From NCBI GenBank assembly GCA_016181585.1, contig JACOYX010000015.1, forward strand, positions 8,152-72,151: 64,000 nt of DNA. Reading direction: 5' to 3'. This document shows positions 1-9,307 of the stretch, piece by piece (the stretch's first letter is position 1; every line of letters starts with the position of its first letter). This DNA is from Candidatus Sungiibacteriota bacterium (GTDB lineage: Bacteria > Patescibacteriota > Minisyncoccia > Sungbacterales > HO2-52-23). The notes under the pieces are model-generated. The model saw nothing but the letters and a program-made list of their open reading frames with translations. It did no database searches and was not told where the DNA came from. The position numbers and the translations under genes were made by a program.

Positions 1-38
1 ATTTGACGTAGCTTTGTTTTTGTATAAAGCATAATAGG

Positions 39-66
39 AAGCGTCCCGCAAGGGACGTTTTCTTGC
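39..66 (+). terminator. intrinsic terminator of an upstream (off-window) gene
   Basis: CGTCCC-GCAA-GGGACG followed by TTTTCTT. Confidence 0.6.
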
Positions 67-90
67 TTTTTAGCATATTTCTTGTATAAT
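63..90 (+). promoter_or_regulatory. putative promoter TTGCTT-N16-TATAAT
   Basis: Hexamers read directly; the -10 abuts the left end of repeat 90..249. Confidence 0.35.
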
Positions 91-249
91 AGACTCATTG
101 CACAATAACTACATCTACTGCAATTTCATAATTTTGGCGGCAATTTCAGGACTTGTCGAGTTATTATATATGATACCCTTCCTCATTCTTCATAATTTGT
201 AGCCAAAATTATGAAATTTCGTAACGAAAGTTATTGTGCGGCAGGTCTA
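90..249. repeat. F1 nested palindromic (MITE-like) element, 160 bp
   Basis: Ends TAGACTCATTGCACAATAACT / AGTTATTGTGCGGCAGGTCTA. Second tandem motif ACATCTACTGCAAT. Inner inverted repeat AATTTCATAATTTTGGC / GCCAAAATTATGAAATT. TTCGTAACGAA hairpin. Confidence 0.8.
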
Positions 250-260
250 ATTATTTATTA

Positions 261-1418
261 ATGATAGAATTTAGGATTCTCAAACAATCGAAAAAAAGCG
301 GGGCGCGTATAGGTATTTTGAAAACTACCCATGGGGAAATAGAAACACCTTCTTTGGTGCCGGTGGCGACGCGCGCCGCCATAAAAACGCTGACAGCCCG
401 CGAAACAGAGCGCACCAAGTCGCGGATTTTAATCGCGAATACATTTCATCTGCACTTGCGCCCGGGCGAACATATCATAAAGCACGCGGGAGGTCTGCAT
501 CCGTTTATGCGTTGGAATCATCCTTTGATGACGGATTCCGGCGGTTTCCAAGTATTTAGCCTTGGGTTTGGGAAGGATATGGGCGTGGGGAAACTGTTAA
601 AAATTTTCCCCGAGGGAAACGGCGGAAAAAATAAAGAAACAGTGCGGACGCATCACCAGCCGAAGGAGATGAAAATTGCCGATGAAGGGGTTTGGTTTCG
701 CTCTCCTATAGACGGCAGGAAACTTTTTTTAGGTCCCAAGGAATCAATAAAGATACAGGAGTCGCTTGGTGCGGATATTATGTTCGCCTTCGATGAGTGC
801 ACGCCGCCCTTGGCGACGCGTCCGTACATTGAGCGTTCGCTTGCACGGACGCATGCGTGGGCAAAAATTTGTTTGGATGCGCAGAAAACAAAGCAAGCGC
901 TTTTCGGTATTGTGCAGGGATCGCATTTTAAAGATTTGCGCGAGAAAAGCGCAAAATTTATCGGGGGGCTGGGATTTCCGGGATTCGGTATCGGCGGAGA
1001 TTTAGGGTCAAGCAAGGAAGATATGCTCAAGATTCTCGATTGGACAATGCCTCATCTTGCAGAAGAGAAGCCTCGGCATCTTTTGGGCATCGGCTATCTT
1101 CAGGATATGGAAGCTATTATCAAAACAGGCATAGATCTATTTGATTGTACGGTGCCGACCCACTATGCACGACGCGGCATCGCGTTTACCGCTTTGGGAA
1201 AACTCAATCTGAATCGAACTTTTTTTTTGAAAGACAAAAAACCTCTCGATAAAAAATGCAGTTGCGAGACATGCGCGGAATATACGCGTGACTATATATG
1301 CCATCTCATGCGCGCGGGAGAAATTACAGCAATGCGGCTTTTAACATTTCACAATCTTTTTTATTTCAATACGTTTGTTGAAGGAATAAGGGATAAAATA
1401 AAAAGAGGGAAAATATGA
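261..1418 (+). CDS. tgt: tRNA-guanine transglycosylase (queuine tRNA-ribosyltransferase)
   Basis: ORF track 234..1418 (TTG); first ATG at 261 gives MIEFRIL. Catalytic DSGGFQV, GIGYLQDM and Zn site CSCETC...H are typical of bacterial Tgt. Confidence 0.93.
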   Translation: MIEFRILKQSKKSGARIGILKTTHGEIETPSLVPVATRAAIKTLTARETERTKSRILIANTFHLHLRPGEHIIKHAGGLHPFMRWNHPLMTDSGGFQVFSLGFGKDMGVGKLLKIFPEGNGGKNKETVRTHHQPKEMKIADEGVWFRSPIDGRKLFLGPKESIKIQESLGADIMFAFDECTPPLATRPYIERSLARTHAWAKICLDAQKTKQALFGIVQGSHFKDLREKSAKFIGGLGFPGFGIGGDLGSSKEDMLKILDWTMPHLAEEKPRHLLGIGYLQDMEAIIKTGIDLFDCTVPTHYARRGIAFTALGKLNLNRTFFLKDKKPLDKKCSCETCAEYTRDYICHLMRAGEITAMRLLTFHNLFYFNTFVEGIRDKIKRGKI

Positions 1419-2116
1419 AACTTCATCGTTTTTTCATGCCGTTCAATTATGCTGATGCAGAAGTTGCGCTTCATTTTGCGGATCTGGCGCACCAGTTGCA
1501 AAAAGTATTTCGCTTAGGCAATGGAGACCGTTTGGTTTTGTGCGACGGGATGCGAAACGAGGTAGTGGCGGAAATCACCGAATTGGGAAAAGAGACGGTG
1601 CGGGCAGACATTATCGAGCGGACAGTCAATAATAATGAGCCGTTAATTTCCGCGGCGCTTTATTTGGCAATTTTAAAGCGGGAAAATTTTGAGCTTGCAG
1701 TGCAAAAAGCGGTTGAAGTCGGCATAGCCGAGATTATACCGCTCACCACACAAAGGACGGTGAAATCCGGATTGAATATCGAACGTTTGCAGAAAATCGC
1801 CAAAGAGGCGGCGGAGCAGTCGGGAAGAGGGATTGTCCCGCAAGTGAAAAATATTTGCACATTTGAATCAGCGGTGCGTTCCGCGGCAAAGCAGGGCAGT
1901 GTGATTCTGTTTGACTCGAGCGGCGATGCAATAAAGAGAGCAGTACGCAAATACGCGCATAGTGTAGGTATTTTTATTGGCCCGGAAGGAGGATTTGCTG
2001 AGGAAGAGGTTTTGCTCGCGAAGCAAAATAATTTTTCTATCGCAAGTTTGGGCAAGCTTACGCTTCGCGCCGAAACAGCGGCGGCGGTGGCTTCATATTT
2101 GATAGTGCAAGGATAG
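1415..2116 (+). CDS. rsmE: 16S rRNA m3U1498 methyltransferase RsmE
   Basis: MKLHRFF N-terminus, C-terminal IGPEGGF SPOUT motif; ATGA overlap with tgt. Confidence 0.85.
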   Translation: MKLHRFFMPFNYADAEVALHFADLAHQLQKVFRLGNGDRLVLCDGMRNEVVAEITELGKETVRADIIERTVNNNEPLISAALYLAILKRENFELAVQKAVEVGIAEIIPLTTQRTVKSGLNIERLQKIAKEAAEQSGRGIVPQVKNICTFESAVRSAAKQGSVILFDSSGDAIKRAVRKYAHSVGIFIGPEGGFAEEEVLLAKQNNFSIASLGKLTLRAETAAAVASYLIVQG

Positions 2117-2169
2117 TTGTGGTATTGTTGAAAACAAGTATTTATTGGCGGATAATTTTTTAAAAATTT

Positions 2170-2694
2170 ATGGAAGGAGATAAAGTGTCATTTGTTATAG
2201 CATTGATTATTATTATCGCTATTGCGGCATTGGGATATTGGTATTTGAGCAGGGTGCCGGAAATTCCGAATATTGCGGCACCAACACCGCCTGCACCCGC
2301 TCCCGCACCGGCGCCTACTCCTGTACCACAGCCTTCGGGCGGTGTCACTCCGCCTCCGGCAAACAGTTCGCAGATACAGGTAACTATACTGAAAGAAGGG
2401 GCGGGCGAGGGTGCAAAAAAAGGAGACACAATCACCGTAAATTATACCGGTATGTTTCTTGACGGCAAAGTATTCGATTCAAGCATTCCGCGCGGACAGC
2501 CTTTTGTGTTCAATCTTGGCGCAGGAGATGTGATTCAAGGCTGGGATGCGGGGCTTGTCGGTATGAAGTTGGGTGAGAAGCGAAAATTAGTTATTCCTCC
2601 GGAACTTGCGTACGGAAGCCGCGGAGCGGGTGACGGAGCGATACCTCCCAACTCAACCTTGGTGTTTGAAGTGGAAATGCTGAAGATTAACTAG
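2170..2694 (+). CDS. membrane-anchored FKBP-type peptidyl-prolyl cis-trans isomerase
   Basis: N-terminal TM helix, Pro/Ala-rich linker, FKBP domain (VNYTGMFLDGKVFDSS, VIQGWDAGLVGMKLGEKRKLVIPPELAYG). Alternative GTG start at 2185 behind AGGAG. Confidence 0.88.
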   Translation: MEGDKVSFVIALIIIIAIAALGYWYLSRVPEIPNIAAPTPPAPAPAPAPTPVPQPSGGVTPPPANSSQIQVTILKEGAGEGAKKGDTITVNYTGMFLDGKVFDSSIPRGQPFVFNLGAGDVIQGWDAGLVGMKLGEKRKLVIPPELAYGSRGAGDGAIPPNSTLVFEVEMLKIN

Positions 2695-2711
2695 CATCAC
2701 CTGGTATCATC

Positions 2712-3032
2712 ATGATTTCTTTTGAGGAATTTCAAAAAATAGAACTTCGTGTGGCAAAAATTATTGCGGCGGATCGCGTGGAAAGTTCCGAAAAATTGCT
2801 AAAATTAAAAGTGAGTTTTGGCAATGAAGAACGCCAAGTTGTTGCGGGCATAGGAAAAGCGTACGACCCCGAAAAACTTCTCGGAAGAGAGATTGTGGTC
2901 GTTGCAAATCTTGAGCCGCGTGTGCTTATGGGGCAGGAAAGCCAAGGTATGCTCCTTGCCGCCTCTGATGAAAATGGTCCGGTGCTTCTTATTCCAGACC
3001 ATGAAGTGCCGCCCGGGGCAAAGATAAAATAA
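2712..3032 (+). CDS. tRNA-binding domain protein (CsaA / EMAP-II-like OB fold)
   Basis: FQKIELRVAKII...KLLKLKVSFG...VVAGI...VVVANLEPRVLMG.ESQGMLLAA pattern of CsaA/MetRS C-terminal domain. Confidence 0.8.
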   Translation: MISFEEFQKIELRVAKIIAADRVESSEKLLKLKVSFGNEERQVVAGIGKAYDPEKLLGREIVVVANLEPRVLMGQESQGMLLAASDENGPVLLIPDHEVPPGAKIK

Positions 3033-3051
3033 TGCGCGTATTATTAAAATT

Positions 3052-3125
3052 AAAATAAGGCAAATATCCGCGATCGCGGATATTTGCCTTATTTTAATAA
3101 TAAATCTCCGATTTCTCGGAGATTT
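3052..3125. terminator. bidirectional terminator pair between convergent genes
   Basis: 44-nt perfect palindrome AAAATAAGGCAAATATCCGCGATCGCGGATATTTGCCTTATTTT, plus AAATCTCCGA-TTTC-TCGGAGATTT. Confidence 0.8.
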
Positions 3126-3129
3126 ATGG

Positions 3130-4164
3130 TTATTTTTCAATACAAGTGTTATAAAATTCCTTTATTTTTTCCCGAAGGGATCCGCTATTCTCCATCTCTT
3201 CGATAAATTTTTCCGGAATTATCGATATGCCGTGAAGCGCTCCGAGGAGGGATCCTGTAATTGCGGCGTTTGAATCGGTGTCGCCGCCCATACGGATGCA
3301 GTCCGCGATACAGTCGAAATTTTGCGGATTTCGCAGAAAAGCGGCGTATGAGGTGCCAAGCGAATTTATGGCGGAAAAAGCCGCTTTGGTGCCTCCTCCG
3401 AAACGCATGCTGATCTGGCGCGGCGTTTCGCGTGCAAGCGAGCCGTTTTCTTTCATGGCTGAAAGCAGTGCGATTTGCCGGTAAATGGGCGTTTCGGGTG
3501 AAAGGTATTGCTCAGTAAAAATAGCGTAGGCGCTTATATTCTCCAGAAAATCATTGGGGAGTTCATGGCTCGTCTGTCGGGCAAGAAAATAAACTGCATA
3601 GGCATGAACGCATCCGGCCGCGACGGCGGCAAAAGAACGGTGGGTCATGCGGGCGTAGTCTATGCACTCCTTCAGAAATCTCAAGCGGATAAATTCTTCC
3701 GGCGCTTTTGCGCACATGCTTTCCCGAAGTCCCATGGGCGAGATTTTCATCATAATGCCGTTTCCCTCGCCATGCGGTTCCCCGGATTTTGTCCAATGTG
3801 CTTCTTCTAAAAGCCTTTGGCAGGAATTTCTGGTGGACTTCCCCCATCCACGGCCGGCACTTACTTTGTATGCATCAACGTGTTTTCTCGCGAGTATCTC
3901 CATGTCGAATTTTCCGTTGGATTCAATTAGGCTTTCCATGGTAACAAGGGTGAGCTGGGTATCGTCGCTCCACGATCCTTTTGATTTGCCCACGACATCG
4001 GGAAACGGATGGGGGTTGATGGAGGGGCAAAAATATCCGTCAAGCGTGTAGCCGACCAATTCAAGTATCTCGATTTCATCCGGTGTCATGGTTTCAAACG
4101 GAACACCGAACGCATCGCATACGCCGATTGCCATAATGCATCCCATAAATTTATCAAGGTTCAT
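3130..4164 (-). CDS. ADP-ribosylglycohydrolase family protein
   Basis: C-terminal GGDTDSNAAITGSLLGALHG and N-terminal GVCDAFGVPFE motifs of the DraG/ARH family. Confidence 0.85.
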   Translation of the reverse strand: MNLDKFMGCIMAIGVCDAFGVPFETMTPDEIEILELVGYTLDGYFCPSINPHPFPDVVGKSKGSWSDDTQLTLVTMESLIESNGKFDMEILARKHVDAYKVSAGRGWGKSTRNSCQRLLEEAHWTKSGEPHGEGNGIMMKISPMGLRESMCAKAPEEFIRLRFLKECIDYARMTHRSFAAVAAGCVHAYAVYFLARQTSHELPNDFLENISAYAIFTEQYLSPETPIYRQIALLSAMKENGSLARETPRQISMRFGGGTKAAFSAINSLGTSYAAFLRNPQNFDCIADCIRMGGDTDSNAAITGSLLGALHGISIIPEKFIEEMENSGSLREKIKEFYNTCIEK

Positions 4165-4223
4165 TGTTTCGCTCCTTCTACTGTTTACTCCATAACAGTT
4201 TTTTTAAGAAGTGTCAAACGTTT

Positions 4224-4252
4224 TTGCTTTACAAAACTTTCCCATTTATTAT
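4224..4252 (+). promoter_or_regulatory. putative promoter TTGCTT-N17-TATTAT
   Basis: Lies in the divergent region. Followed by a 9-bp hairpin (4257-4265 / 4277-4285) in the leader of gene 4326. Confidence 0.4.
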
Positions 4253-4325
4253 ACTTAAAGCAGTTAATTTAATTTAAACTGCTTTATGCTCGAAGCTATT
4301 TAGTCGAGAGTTAAAAGCCATTTTT

Positions 4326-4901
4326 ATGTTCTCACTTAAAAAAACAGTAATTATCGCCGCTGTGGCGATTGTCTTTGGGGGTTTTGGCGGATATAAAATC
4401 GGGAGCATTGCGTTTGAAGAAACGAAAGCGCCCGAGAGGATGGAAGAAAAAAAGATAACCGAGGGTGCGTTGAACCTCAAGGCAAGCCCGGCGGAAGTTC
4501 CTCTGAAGAAACCTAATCTGGTGCAGGTTCCTCCGCCTGCCCCGCAAACAAGTGCAGGCGCAGGGGAAGGCGGAAAGATTGCAATGAATGAACAAGCGGC
4601 GGGAATGAGTGTTGCCGTCGCAAACGTATCGCTCCCGGTATCCGGGTGGGTGGCGATTCACGAAGATGCGGGAGGGAAACCGGGGAAAATCCTGGGTGCG
4701 CGCCGTTTCGAGAAAGGAACGCATGCGGGTGTTGTAGAACTGCTTCGCAAAACGGAGGACGGCAAGGCATACTACGCCATGCTTCATGCCGACGATGGCG
4801 ACCGCTTGTTTGATGCAAAAAAAGATATGCCCATGAAAGATGTATCCGGTGCGGCGGTGATGGCAAAATTTAATACGGATCTGGTACCTACTTTGCAATA
4901 A
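4326..4901 (+). CDS. hypothetical membrane-anchored protein
   Basis: N-terminal TM helix, Pro-rich linker, C-terminal beta-rich domain (GWVAIHEDAGGKPGKILG). TTGCTT-N17-TATTAT promoter upstream. Confidence 0.6.
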   Translation: MFSLKKTVIIAAVAIVFGGFGGYKIGSIAFEETKAPERMEEKKITEGALNLKASPAEVPLKKPNLVQVPPPAPQTSAGAGEGGKIAMNEQAAGMSVAVANVSLPVSGWVAIHEDAGGKPGKILGARRFEKGTHAGVVELLRKTEDGKAYYAMLHADDGDRLFDAKKDMPMKDVSGAAVMAKFNTDLVPTLQ

Positions 4902-4905
4902 ATTT

Positions 4906-5202
4906 GTGAAAAAAATTTATATCAGCGCATTTATTTTCTTTGGATTTCTTCTCCAGCTTTTAATGCACGGACTGCTTGAGATTTGGTATATCAATCTTCT
5001 CCTTGCCGATTTTGGGCGATATGGATTTGGATTGGAATGGGATCAGTGGGAGTTACTGCATAATGTTTTTACTCTTGTGTTTTTAGTCGGCGGATTGTGG
5101 ATGGGGTATTCGCAAGGGAAATATTGGTGGCGCCGTATTTATGAACCGATACCGTGGTTTCGGCCGCTTCAAAAAATCAATTCAACTTCTTATACGCGAT
5201 AA
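4906..5202 (+). CDS. hypothetical small membrane protein
   Basis: GTG start; two hydrophobic helices. The 3' end overlaps the prmC ORF by 62 nt, so the boundaries of one of the two are uncertain. Confidence 0.4.
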   Translation: MKKIYISAFIFFGFLLQLLMHGLLEIWYINLLLADFGRYGFGLEWDQWELLHNVFTLVFLVGGLWMGYSQGKYWWRRIYEPIPWFRPLQKINSTSYTR

Positions 5203-5914
5203 GTATAAAGGAGACAAAACACGGCTCGTGCCGGAAGATATAAGCCGCTTAAAAAAAGGGGAGCCGGTTGATTATGTAATTGGATGGATCCCTTTCCTGG
5301 ATACGGACATTGATCTCTCAAAAAAACCGCTCATTCCGCGGTCCGAAACGGAATTTTGGGCGGGTCAAGTCATAAAAGAAATCGAAGCTTTGCGCGGACG
5401 CGATGCAAAGTTTATGTCATTGGATATTTTTGCCGGTTCCGGGTGCATTGGCACCGCGGTGCTTAAGTATTTTCCGAAAGCACGAATTGATTTTGCGGAT
5501 ATTGATCCGGAAATGATTAAGCAAATTAAAATAAACATAAAGAAAAACGGTGTCCAAAAACGAGCAAGGGTTCTGCGTTCCGACGGATTTAAAAATATAA
5601 AAAATAAATACGATTTTATCTTTGCCAATCCGCCGTATGTAAGCTCCCCGGAAATGAAAAAGTTGGCGAAGTCGGTAAAAGATTTCGAGCCGATGAATGC
5701 GCTTTTTGGCGGCAAAGACGGGCTTGAAATAATTCGGCAGTTTATTTCCGGTAGCAGGAACTTTTTAAAGGCAGGCGGAGCAGTATATATGGAATTGGGA
5801 TCGACACAAAAAAAAGCGATTGAAAAAATAGCGGAAAAAGAAAACGGGCAGGATATTAATTTTTTTAGAGATCAGTATGGGAGATGGCGTTGGATGAGGC
5901 TATTAACCAAATAG
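5141..5914 (+). CDS. prmC: release-factor glutamine N5-methyltransferase (PrmC/HemK), short form
   Basis: GEPVDYVIGW, LIPRSETE, SAM motif DIFAGSGCIG, catalytic FANPPYV. Start uncertain. Confidence 0.85.
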   Translation: MNRYRGFGRFKKSIQLLIRDKYKGDKTRLVPEDISRLKKGEPVDYVIGWIPFLDTDIDLSKKPLIPRSETEFWAGQVIKEIEALRGRDAKFMSLDIFAGSGCIGTAVLKYFPKARIDFADIDPEMIKQIKINIKKNGVQKRARVLRSDGFKNIKNKYDFIFANPPYVSSPEMKKLAKSVKDFEPMNALFGGKDGLEIIRQFISGSRNFLKAGGAVYMELGSTQKKAIEKIAEKENGQDINFFRDQYGRWRWMRLLTK

Positions 5915-5924
5915 AGTTTTAAAT

Positions 5925-5999
5925 TAGGTCTACTGCATAAAGATTTTCGTTACGAAATTTCCAGCGAGAAGACGCAGGTAAAAATTACGAGGCATATAC
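5925..5999. repeat. F1 partial element
   Basis: TAGGTCTACTGCATAAAGATTTTCGTTACGAAA. 25-nt module GGTAAAAATTACGAGGCATATACAA (5977-6001) is identical to the reverse complement of 22011-22035. Confidence 0.7.
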
Positions 6000-6000
6000 A

Positions 6001-6774
6001 ATGAGATGGTTACAAACCTCCATATACATTTTGTCCAACGCAAAAAAACCTAAAAAAAATCGTCTTGATGAATGGCTCATGCAAAGCGGGTTTGTTTCGG
6101 ACGCAAAAGCCGCTTTTATTGTGGTGACGGAGGGTCGGGTTTTTGTCGACGGGCAAAAGGCGGTGTCTCCGGCGCAGGAATTCCCCGAAACGGCAAAAAT
6201 CGAAGTTCGCGGCAGAAGAAAATATGTCGGGCGCGGCGCGGAAAAACTTGCAGGTGCAATGGAAAAATTTCAGGCGGAAGCTGACGGGAAAATTTGTGCG
6301 GATATCGGTTCTGCAACAGGCGGGTTTACGCAGGTGCTTCTGGAAAACGGCGCAAAAAAAGTATATGCGATCGACACGGCAAAAGGAAAGCTTGATTTAA
6401 AATTGCGCGAAGATCCGCGTGTCGAGGTAATGGAGGGCACCGATGTTCGTGATATTAAAAAATTGCAGGATACTCCCAAACTTGTTACGATTGACGTATC
6501 GCTGGTATCGCTCCGCAATATTTTACTTGCGGTTATGCGGCTTATGCCGCAAGGAGGCGAAGTTGTTGCTTTATTTAAACCGCAATACGAAACGCGGGAC
6601 CCTAAAATGCTTAAAGCGGGCATTGTGACGGATGACATATATCGCGAGGCTCTGTTTCAAGATTTTATCGCATGGGCACGGGAAGTCGGCTGGAAAGTGA
6701 TGCAAACCATGGTATCACCCATTCGGGGCGGAGAGGGGAATGTTGAGTATTTAATACATCTTAAAAGATTATGA
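6001..6774 (+). CDS. tlyA: TlyA-family rRNA 2'-O-ribose methyltransferase (S4 + FtsJ domains)
   Basis: RLDEWLMQSGF..S4-like N-terminus, RGAEKL, SAM motif DIGSATGGFTQ. Alternative TTG start at 6031. Confidence 0.85.
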   Translation: MRWLQTSIYILSNAKKPKKNRLDEWLMQSGFVSDAKAAFIVVTEGRVFVDGQKAVSPAQEFPETAKIEVRGRRKYVGRGAEKLAGAMEKFQAEADGKICADIGSATGGFTQVLLENGAKKVYAIDTAKGKLDLKLREDPRVEVMEGTDVRDIKKLQDTPKLVTIDVSLVSLRNILLAVMRLMPQGGEVVALFKPQYETRDPKMLKAGIVTDDIYREALFQDFIAWAREVGWKVMQTMVSPIRGGEGNVEYLIHLKRL

Positions 6775-7859
6775 TCACTTTTATTTTAATTGTCATTGTC
6801 ATCAGCGTTTTAATTCTTGTCCACGAATGGGGGCATTTTTATTCTGCGCGCAAACTGGGAGTGAAAGTCGAGGAATTTGGTATTGGGTTTTCCGGCCGCG
6901 AGTTTGGGTTTCGTTTTCCGCCGAAACTTGCGACTGTTGTAAGAAGCGGAGTGCGCTATACGCTAAACCCACTGCCCTTCGGAGGGTTTGTAAAAATTTT
7001 CGGCGAGCACGGGGAGGATGAAAATAAGCCGGAAAGTTTTGCTTCCCGTCCCATTTGGCAAAGAGTGCTTATCATCGGCGCAGGGGTGCTCATGAATTTT
7101 GTTTTGGCATGGGTGCTTTTTTCGGGCGGCGCCATTCTCGGTGTTCCGGAACTGGGAGATGAAAGCGGCGGTCCGGTGTCGATAGTGGGCGTTTTGCCGA
7201 ACTCTCCGGCAGAAAAAGCGGGGTTGAAATTTGGCGATGCTATTGTTGAAATGCGTGCGCAGGACCTGACACTTCGCGTTGAAGCGGAAAAAGACGTGCG
7301 TGATTTTATTCAAGCGTATAGGGGGGAGGAAATTATGCTTTTTGTGAAGCGCGGGCAGGAAGTGCTGGAGATAAAAGCGGTGCCGCGCGCAGAAGTTCCA
7401 GAGGGCGAAGGCCCTTTGGGGGTGGCGTTAGGCTACTTAACGCTTCGCCGCACTCCATGGTATTTGGCTCCGGTAGAGGGCGCCAAAATGCTTGGCCGCA
7501 GTACGGTTGCGGTGCTTGAGGGTTTTGGCATGCTTCTTCGCGACCTTCTTACCACCGGGAAAACATCAGCTGAGGTATCGGGCCCTGTTGGTATTTTCTT
7601 TTTTGCGGATGACACACGTATGCTCGGTATTGCCTATTTCCTGCAATTTGTCGGCATTCTTTCGGTAAATTTAGCAATACTTAATGTCCTGCCTATTCCT
7701 GCGCTTGACGGCGGGCGGCTTTTCTTTCTCCTGCTCGAGAAAATAAAAGGAACAAAAATAAATCCGCAAACGGAAAATATTGTTCATGGTATCGGTTTCC
7801 TCGTGCTTATTGTTCTCATGGTGCTTATTACCTACAAAGATATTGCGCGGCTGTTTTAA
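6771..7859 (+). CDS. rseP: site-2 intramembrane zinc metalloprotease (RseP/M50)
   Basis: HEWGHF (HExxH), PDZ segment, NLAILNVLPIPALDGG. Confidence 0.9.
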   Translation: MITFILIVIVISVLILVHEWGHFYSARKLGVKVEEFGIGFSGREFGFRFPPKLATVVRSGVRYTLNPLPFGGFVKIFGEHGEDENKPESFASRPIWQRVLIIGAGVLMNFVLAWVLFSGGAILGVPELGDESGGPVSIVGVLPNSPAEKAGLKFGDAIVEMRAQDLTLRVEAEKDVRDFIQAYRGEEIMLFVKRGQEVLEIKAVPRAEVPEGEGPLGVALGYLTLRRTPWYLAPVEGAKMLGRSTVAVLEGFGMLLRDLLTTGKTSAEVSGPVGIFFFADDTRMLGIAYFLQFVGILSVNLAILNVLPIPALDGGRLFFLLLEKIKGTKINPQTENIVHGIGFLVLIVLMVLITYKDIARLF

Positions 7860-7862
7860 AAA

Positions 7863-7935
7863 TAGACCTGCTGATTAAAGATTTTCGTGACGAAATTAGA
7901 AAAAAGCAGTAGAAAAATCTTTACGCAGTAGGTGT
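7863..7935. repeat. F1 element, 73 bp
   Basis: TAGACCTGCTGATTAAAGATTTTCGTGACGAAA ... AAAATCTTTACGCAGTAGGTGT. Confidence 0.75.
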
Positions 7936-7978
7936 ATCGGCTTTTAAAAAAAAAGTAAACAAGGTACTGTATGTATGA

Positions 7979-9307
7979 ATGAAAACCTACGATTATCTCA
8001 TTATCGGAAATGGCATAGCGGGGGTTACTGCCGCGGAAACTATCCGCGAGCATGATGCTTCGGGAACCATTGCGATCGTCTCTCACGAACCGCATGTTTT
8101 GTATTCACGCGTGCTTCTCCCCGCGTATTTAAAAAAAAGAATTCCGCGTGAAAAAGTTTTTTTACGGACACAGGAGGATTTCAATATACGCCGCATTGAT
8201 TGTTATTTGAACGAAGCAGTTGTTTTCGCGGATACGGCGAGAAAGCAGATAGATTGCGAAAGCGGCTTTTCGCTGGGGTACAACAAATTGCTTATTGCTT
8301 CGGGCGGAAGGGTGCGGGACTGGGAGCACTGCAACGGCCAAGGGATTTACCCCGTTAGAACGCCGCCGACTCTGCCGGAGGTAAAAAAAGCCGATGGGGA
8401 GTATAATGCTACCATAAGCAGGTCGCGAAGCGCTCGTTCTAACGGGGTTTACCGCCTGCAGACGCTTGATGATGCGGATGTTATATTGCGCTTGCTTCCA
8501 CATTTGCAAAGTCCGCTAGTGATTGGCGCGTCTTTTATTGGTCTCGAATTTCTTGAAATTCTCACCCTCAATAATACGCCCCCGAAAGTAGTTGTGCGCG
8601 ACACGCATTTTTTGCGGCGCCTGCTCGATAGGGCGGGCGGGGAAATGCTTCAGGCGCGTTTTGAGATGAAAGGAATTTCGGTAGAATGCCAGCAGGAAAT
8701 TGTGCGTGTCTTTCTGGAAGAAGGGAAAGTCCATATCAAAACTTCGCTTGAACGCGATTTTTCGAGCGATGCGGTTTTTCTCGGGATCGGTATCCAGCGG
8801 AACATGGAATTTCTTGCCGGTTCCGGTGTGGCAATAAACGGAGGAGGTGTCGAGACGGATGAATATCTTCGTACCAATGTAGAAAACGTATTTGCCGCTG
8901 GTGATGCGGCGGATTATATGGATGTTATCGCGAAGAAGCGCCGCATGGTAGGGAACTGGACGCATGCTTTTTTGCAGGGAAAGGCTGTTGGCCGCACGAT
9001 GGCGGGGAAGCCGGAGCTTTTTAAATCAGTGCCTGCTTATTCAATTACGAACTTCGGTTTTCAAATCACGGCGGTTGGAGAAACAGATGATGCGCTTGAA
9101 ACTTTTGTGCAATTTGATGAAGAGCGAAATCGCTATGCGCGTTTTTTTATAAAAGAAGACCATATTGCGGGGGCGGCGCTGATTAATAAATTTACCGACA
9201 AGCCGCACGTTGCTCGGCTCATTGAAACCCAATCTTCCGTGAGGGATTTTCGGGCGGAACTTCGCGATCCATTGTTTGACATACAAAAGATACCAATAGT
9301 AGAATAG
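7979..9307 (+). CDS. FAD/NAD(P)-dependent pyridine nucleotide-disulfide oxidoreductase (ferredoxin/rubredoxin-reductase-like)
   Basis: YDYLIIGNGIAGVTAAE dinucleotide fold, VIGASFIGLEF second fold, AAGDAA. Carries a 34-codon in-frame insertion (see repeat 8346..8455). Confidence 0.85.
   Translation: MKTYDYLIIGNGIAGVTAAETIREHDASGTIAIVSHEPHVLYSRVLLPAYLKKRIPREKVFLRTQEDFNIRRIDCYLNEAVVFADTARKQIDCESGFSLGYNKLLIASGGRVRDWEHCNGQGIYPVRTPPTLPEVKKADGEYNATISRSRSARSNGVYRLQTLDDADVILRLLPHLQSPLVIGASFIGLEFLEILTLNNTPPKVVVRDTHFLRRLLDRAGGEMLQARFEMKGISVECQQEIVRVFLEEGKVHIKTSLERDFSSDAVFLGIGIQRNMEFLAGSGVAINGGGVETDEYLRTNVENVFAAGDAADYMDVIAKKRRMVGNWTHAFLQGKAVGRTMAGKPELFKSVPAYSITNFGFQITAVGETDDALETFVQFDEERNRYARFFIKEDHIAGAALINKFTDKPHVARLIETQSSVRDFRAELRDPLFDIQKIPIVE
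8346..8455. mobile_element. F4 110-nt palindromic element inserted in frame in the oxidoreductase CDS
   Basis: TTTACCCCGTTAGA ... CTAACGGGGTTTACCGC. 13-nt perfect inverted repeat (8350-8362 / 8435-8447). Flanking GGATTTACC / GGGTTTACC duplication. Same length and ends as 49628..49737. Confidence 0.7.
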
